NCBI GenBank assembly: GCA_049414405.1
Contig: JBMSAQ010000012.1
Coordinates: forward strand, 1 to 9,597
DNA from: Candidatus Nanopusillus sp.
Lineage (GTDB): Archaea; Nanobdellota; Nanobdellia; Nanobdellales; Nanobdellaceae
DNA length: 9,597 bases
Direction of reading: 5' to 3'
Under the pieces are notes generated by a model. The model saw only the letters and a program-made list of their open reading frames with translations. It was not told the DNA's origin and searched no databases. A program made the translations under genes and the position numbers. Below are positions 6,553 through 9,597 of the stretch, piece by piece (position 1 is the first letter of the stretch; every line of letters begins with the position of its first letter).

Positions 6553-6594
6553 ATATTTATATATAAGTGATAACATATATATAAATATATGGGT
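6547..6594. promoter_or_regulatory. 48-bp near-perfect palindrome forming a symmetric divergent promoter pair
   Basis: The left arm ACCCATATATTTATATATA (6547-6565) is the exact reverse complement of the right arm TATATATAAATATATGGGT (6576-6594). The arms are 19 bp with no mismatches by hand check. The 10-bp core is AGTGATAACA (6566-6575). The arms contain both start codons (CAT 6550-6552, ATG 6589-6591) and a TTTATATA box for each direction (6556-6563 plus strand, 6585..6578 minus strand). Each box ends 26 nt before its ATG. Confidence 0.65.
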
Positions 6595-6906
6595 CGGGTT
6601 ATAATAGATATTACTGTACCAGTAGCACCAGCTAGTAGAAAATTTATACATCATCTTTATGCTGGAATAGGATATAATGTACCAGAAATCCCTCAATATT
6701 TTAGAAGAGATTTAGCTAAATTAGTAAAAGAATTTAGTATTAAAATTGCAGAAAAAATCAAACCTGGTAGTTATGTTAAAGGGCAAATTGTTTTAGAATA
6801 TGATGATAATACAAAAAAGCCATTAAGAATTTTTACAAAAGAATTAATTATATATGAATCTGGTACTTTATTTGCTTATCCTATAATTGTAGAAAATAGA
6901 GAATAA
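6589..6906 (+). CDS. Hypothetical 105-aa protein, the only plus-strand gene (candidate regulator by position only)
   Basis: ATG at 6589-6591 and TAA at 6904-6906. A TTTATATA box at 6556-6563 ends 26 nt upstream of the ATG. Protein composition is ordinary (MGRVIIDITVPVAPASRKFIHHLYAGIGYN...). Without this gene there would be a non-coding gap of about 355 nt in an otherwise tightly packed region. The opposite strand has no long ORF over 6697-6907. No fold recognised with confidence. Confidence 0.65.
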   Translation: MGRVIIDITVPVAPASRKFIHHLYAGIGYNVPEIPQYFRRDLAKLVKEFSIKIAEKIKPGSYVKGQIVLEYDDNTKKPLRIFTKELIIYESGTLFAYPIIVENRE

Positions 6907-6907
6907 A

Positions 6908-7711
6908 TTATTCCAAAGGACTAATTACATGATATGTTTCATTTTGCATACCTTCATTACCTATTGGTAAAGTTACTATAGAATTAGTAAAGTTTTGTTG
7001 ATTAAGAATAGCTAAATATTGGGATTCGCCTAAAATTTTAGCAAAATGAGTCATAAGTAATATTGCCACCACAAATATAACACCAATTAATATTATATAT
7101 AATGCTGTTCTAACATGATCCATTGATCTTGGTACAAAAAAGCCTAATATTTTTAGAGCAGATGGTTTACCTGTAGTGTAAGGTATATATTCTTCTAAAC
7201 CTATCTCTTTAGATTCTCTAATTATATCTATCAAATCATATAAAATTCCTTTAATATTTCCAGTATATTCATTCATCCTTTTTCCCTCTAAATCTTTAAC
7301 TTTTATTGGTATTCCTCGAGCATTTCTCATAATATCTGCTAATTTCATAAGTTGATTTGCTTGAGTATTCTCTAATTTCCTTAAAATCCATTGTATAGCT
7401 ACATAATAATAAGCTTCTATACTCGAAGCATTTTCTAAATCTTCTAAATTTGGATTTAGAGATCTTGGTGTTCTTTTTTTCATTAATGGTAAACCATAAT
7501 ATAATAAAATAGCTCTAACTTTGCCTTCAATGCCAGTGTATTCTATAGTCCATTCATCTACAAAACTACTAAAAACTGTTATTAATAATCTTTCAGCTTC
7601 TCTAATATATGCAAATGGAGGATCATAATATATTACATAGATTCTATCTCCTCTAAATGGGAAATTTACTTTTTTTGGTTTATTGTTGTTGTTTTTGATT
7701 TTGAACTCCAC
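6908..7711 (-). CDS. Hypothetical 267-aa protein with a single C-proximal TM segment; start codon uncertain
   Basis: The track start at 7711..7709 is GTG (plus strand reads cac), not ATG. It overlaps the upstream gene by 32 nt, and the next in-frame ATG is about 76 codons downstream. The product has a soluble N-terminal ~215 aa, then a TM (TALYIILIGVIFVVAILLMTHFA), then a ~45-aa tail with NFT and NET sequons. The TAA at 6910..6908 is convergent with the plus-strand gene, 1 nt apart. Confidence 0.7.
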   Translation of the reverse strand: MEFKIKNNNNKPKKVNFPFRGDRIYVIYYDPPFAYIREAERLLITVFSSFVDEWTIEYTGIEGKVRAILLYYGLPLMKKRTPRSLNPNLEDLENASSIEAYYYVAIQWILRKLENTQANQLMKLADIMRNARGIPIKVKDLEGKRMNEYTGNIKGILYDLIDIIRESKEIGLEEYIPYTTGKPSALKILGFFVPRSMDHVRTALYIILIGVIFVVAILLMTHFAKILGESQYLAILNQQNFTNSIVTLPIGNEGMQNETYHVISPLE

Positions 7712-8144
7712 TTTGTAATTGATTCATTTGTATATTTTGCCCTGTATTATATACACCACTTACTATAGATTCATAGCTCATTAATAAAGAACTTATTATA
7801 GAACTATAGTAAGTTATAAGTGATTTAGCCATCTCTTTAGTAGCTTCATCAGTAATCCGTCCAGATTCTAATAACATTTGTAAATCAGATACATATTTAT
7901 GAAGTCTAGACACAACTCTTCTTATTTTAGAAATTGTTCTAGCTTGCCTTTCATCATTAACTACATATGGTTTAGAAAAAGTCTCTTTAATAGTTCTAGT
8001 AAGAGTAGATTCAAAAGGATTAATATCAAAAGGTTCAAATAAACTTTTTCTAGATTTTACTTTTTCAATTTCTTCTAATATATATTCTTCTACTTTTTCA
8101 AAAACACCATCTTTTCTTAATTCTAATTTATTTTCTTCAGTCAT
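7680..8144 (-). CDS. Hypothetical 154-aa protein, probably helical, with a Q/N-rich C-terminus
   Basis: ATG at 8144..8142 overlaps the upstream TGA (ATGA). The N-terminus is acidic (MTEENKLELRKDGVFEKVEEYILEEIEKVK). It carries the RITDEATK motif (7836-7859) and ends QSGVQNQKQQQ. Confidence 0.8.
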   Translation of the reverse strand: MTEENKLELRKDGVFEKVEEYILEEIEKVKSRKSLFEPFDINPFESTLTRTIKETFSKPYVVNDERQARTISKIRRVVSRLHKYVSDLQMLLESGRITDEATKEMAKSLITYYSSIISSLLMSYESIVSGVYNTGQNIQMNQLQSGVQNQKQQQ

Positions 8145-8449
8145 CTAATAAATACTTTAAGGAATGGTAATATTAAGCTTAAAATTAACGCAGCAAAAGC
8201 AAATATTGTTAATACTAGAATATATACTCTATTTATAGCATATTCATAGTAATATTCTACTCTTGTAATTACATGAGCCACTACAATTATTGAAAATATA
8301 GCTGCAATTACTAAAGGAACACCTATTAAAGGAGTTACTACTATTGAAAAGACTATCATATCTAGAGTTCTTAATATTGTAAACCCTAATATAAGCGACC
8401 ATATCATAGCAAATACTAAAAATTTTTTAGATATCAAATCGCTAACCAT
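8141..8449 (-). CDS. Small polytopic membrane protein (102 aa, about 3 TM)
   Basis: ATG at 8449..8447. Three long hydrophobic stretches are separated by short polar turns (RTLD, TRVEYYYEYAINR). The stop overlaps the next start (ATGA at 8141-8144). Confidence 0.75.
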   Translation of the reverse strand: MVSDLISKKFLVFAMIWSLILGFTILRTLDMIVFSIVVTPLIGVPLVIAAIFSIIVVAHVITRVEYYYEYAINRVYILVLTIFAFAALILSLILPFLKVFIR

Positions 8450-8471
8450 TATATCTATATGCTGTTAACAT

Positions 8472-8912
8472 TTATATAATTTTCTTTTCTTTTAGCTCCA
8501 AAAAGATATGAAATATTCCAAGGATTATATTAACTATAACCATACCTACAGCAAGTATTGGTATATTTATACTAAGACTCTGAGCCAAAGTTGTAAAACT
8601 CGAAATTGTATTAAATAGAGCCATATCATTTGTAACTGCTAAATAAACATATTGTAATACTTGAAGATAACTAATTAAAGAATTAACAGCAGTAGGAATT
8701 ATCACAGAGAAGAATGAATTTAAAAAGAATAACATAATTTTTGTTCTATATGGTAAATTTAAAGATAAGATTATAATTGTTGTTATAACAGGAGCTATTC
8801 CTAATAAAATAATTATTAGAGGATATAAACTAGTAGAGGCAATTCCTTCTGGAGTTACTATTATATTTACTGTATAATTTAATGATTGATTATAAAGATA
8901 CGGCAAACTCAT
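8472..8912 (-). CDS. Polytopic membrane protein (146 aa, about 4 TM); first gene of a transcription unit
   Basis: ATG at 8912..8910. A minus-strand TTTATATA (8943..8936) ends 24 nt upstream, giving leaderless-type geometry. The product has hydrophobic segments throughout and the C-terminal tail LELKEKKII. Confidence 0.75.
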   Translation of the reverse strand: MSLPYLYNQSLNYTVNIIVTPEGIASTSLYPLIIILLGIAPVITTIIILSLNLPYRTKIMLFFLNSFFSVIIPTAVNSLISYLQVLQYVYLAVTNDMALFNTISSFTTLAQSLSINIPILAVGMVIVNIILGIFHIFLELKEKKII

Positions 8913-8935
8913 ATTATAAATATTTAAAGATAGAT

Positions 8936-8943
8936 TATATAAA
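8936..8943 (-). promoter_or_regulatory. Putative archaeal TATA box (TTTATATA) for the 8472..8912 transcription unit
   Basis: The plus strand reads tatataaa at 8936-8943, which is TTTATATA on the minus strand. Its 3' end is 24 nt upstream of the ATG at 8912. The same octamer occurs in both directions of the 6547-6594 palindrome with similar spacing. Confidence 0.5.
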
Positions 8944-9004
8944 TTTTATAATTCAATTGCTATAAATAAAAATCTTATAAATTCAAAAGTAATGTATTTA
9001 ATAT

Positions 9005-9040
9005 GGCAAGAAAAAAGAAACAAGAACAAAAGAAATAAAG
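9005..9040 (-). terminator. Pyrimidine/T-rich tract, a putative archaeal oligo-T terminator for the 9115..9596 unit
   Basis: The minus strand reads CTTTATTTCTTTTGTTCTTGTTTCTTTTTTCTTGCC, with several T3-T6 runs, about 75-110 nt downstream of the stop at 9115. A further T6 lies in a weak hairpin at 9070-9085. Archaeal RNA polymerase terminates at oligo-T tracts (established). Its use here is inferred. Confidence 0.4.
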
Positions 9041-9114
9041 CCAGCATTTTATAAAGGATAAATATTATGAGGCTAAAAAAGCCCTACTATTTTTTGCTTA
9101 CTATTTTATGTAAT

Positions 9115-9417
9115 TTAATAGAAAAGAAGGATAATCACTATAATTATAATAATTATAATATATTTTATTAAGCTCCATTTTGTAAAGCTCTTAAAAGCCA
9201 AGCTTACAATTATTGGAATAATAAAAGCTGATGTAATAAACCATAAAAGAATATTTCCTGTACGATATATAAGTAAAAAAGCAATCATATTAGCAAAAAA
9301 AGCTGTAAGTCCTTCTTTAAAATTTTTTGGAGTTATAAAGAATCTATAAATTCCAAGACCCACTAAACTATATATAAACGTTGCTATTAATAAATAGTTA
9401 AAGAAATAGAGATCCAT
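9115..9417 (-). CDS. Small polytopic membrane protein (100 aa, about 3 TM) ending in a poly-Ile segment
   Basis: ATG at 9417..9415 shares a base with the upstream TAA (TAATG). The product is hydrophobic throughout, with a C-terminal IIIIIIIVIILLFY. It is followed by a 202-nt intergenic region with T-rich tracts on the minus strand. Confidence 0.7.
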   Translation of the reverse strand: MDLYFFNYLLIATFIYSLVGLGIYRFFITPKNFKEGLTAFFANMIAFLLIYRTGNILLWFITSAFIIPIIVSLAFKSFTKWSLIKYIIIIIIIVIILLFY

Positions 9418-9596
9418 TATCTATTTTTATTTTGGTTTTGATTAAAATATAATAAACTAAATAAAAGAGCCAATACTCCAAAAATAGTTATAAAATATAA
9501 ACCAGTATAATAAGCTATTGAAAGAAGAGCTACCATTATTAATAAAGCAAGAAAAAATTGAGAAAAGTTTTGTTTAATTGGATTATTGGTATTCAT
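9417..9596 (-). CDS. Small 2-TM membrane protein (59 aa if ATG 9596 is the start; the frame stays open to the window end)
   Basis: This ORF is not in the supplied track. Hand translation from ATG 9596..9594 gives MNTNNPIKQNFSQFFLALLIMVALLSIAYYTGLYFITIFGVLALLFSLLYFNQNQNKNR, then TAA at 9419..9417. That stop overlaps the ATG of the next gene. Two hydrophobic helices are present. The true start could lie beyond the window. Confidence 0.55.
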   Translation of the reverse strand: MNTNNPIKQNFSQFFLALLIMVALLSIAYYTGLYFITIFGVLALLFSLLYFNQNQNKNR

Positions 9597-9597
9597 A

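Noticed and set aside
6553-6696. N-terminal 48-codon extension of the track ORF 6049..6696 (MRDFWYIISYSSIKMMYKFSTSWCYWYSNIYY...).
   Set aside because: Its W/Y/C-rich composition does not look like real protein. It overlaps the plus-strand gene and runs through the promoter palindrome. The internal ATG at 6552 has ideal leaderless promoter geometry.
6908-7711. RGD tripeptide (FPFRGDRIY) and TGKPS in the 267-aa protein, as an integrin-type adhesion motif or a Walker A motif. Also GAGKFT in the giant protein.
   Set aside because: A tripeptide like this is expected by chance. Neither TGKPS nor GAGKFT fits GxxxxGK[ST], and no Walker B motif follows either one.
7680-7711. Programmed frameshift fusing the 154-aa and 267-aa ORFs.
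   Set aside because: The required shift is +1 and I see no slippery heptamer or stimulatory structure in the overlap. The A7 run (7670-7676) lies after the upstream stop codon. It is kept only as an uncertain-start note.
9139-9159. ATAATT-type simple repeat (taattataa x2).
   Set aside because: It is in frame and encodes the poly-Ile end of a TM helix (IIIIIIIV). It is a compositional consequence of AT-rich Ile codons, not an independent repeat element.
1-9597. Searched by eye for tRNA or rRNA genes, IS elements, terminal inverted repeats, integrase att sites and toxin-antitoxin pairs.
   Set aside because: There are no GC-rich structured RNA-like segments in the few intergenic gaps. There is no transposase or integrase-like ORF and no long inverted or direct repeats at plausible element boundaries within the window. 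Boundaries, if any, lie outside it.

Overview
The window is AT-rich (roughly 70% A+T by eye, not computed) and very gene-dense. I call 15 protein-coding genes, 14 of them on the minus strand. They sit in tightly coupled strings with ATGA and TAATG stop/start overlaps and 1-22 nt gaps. Promoter geometry looks archaeal: TTTATATA boxes end 24-26 nt upstream of start codons and there is no Shine-Dalgarno, which implies leaderless or near-leaderless mRNAs. I could not recognise any rRNA, tRNA, CRISPR array, transposase, integrase, polymerase or P-loop NTPase. Only one product matches a family I recognise. It is a signal-peptide-bearing DUF2341 plus ConA-like lectin protein at 1..458 (-), truncated by the window edge and absent from the supplied ORF track. 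All other products look like ORFans. They include two apparently paralogous 2-TM hairpin proteins with sequon-rich loops, which flank a 1124-aa mosaic giant protein. That protein has [IF]GYSS repeats, an S/T/N/Q-rich N-terminus, a Gly/Ala-rich hydrophobic core, a globular region, an R/E/P/Y repeat region and a PPSPPSP tail. The remaining ORFans are five small polytopic membrane proteins (one 59-aa ORF is missing from the track) and several small, probably helical, soluble proteins. Two non-coding elements stand out. One is a 48-bp near-perfect palindrome (6547-6594) that embeds both start codons and both TATA boxes of the only divergent gene pair. The other is a phased AGTTATA heptad array (5217-5272) upstream of one hairpin-protein gene. 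Both contain a GT[T/G]ATAAC core. My best interpretation (inference) is a structural/adsorption module, with its regulatory switch, from an undescribed archaeal virus, provirus or other mobile element. The alternative is a novel archaeal cell-surface structure locus. Homology and structure searches, which I cannot run, are needed to decide between them.
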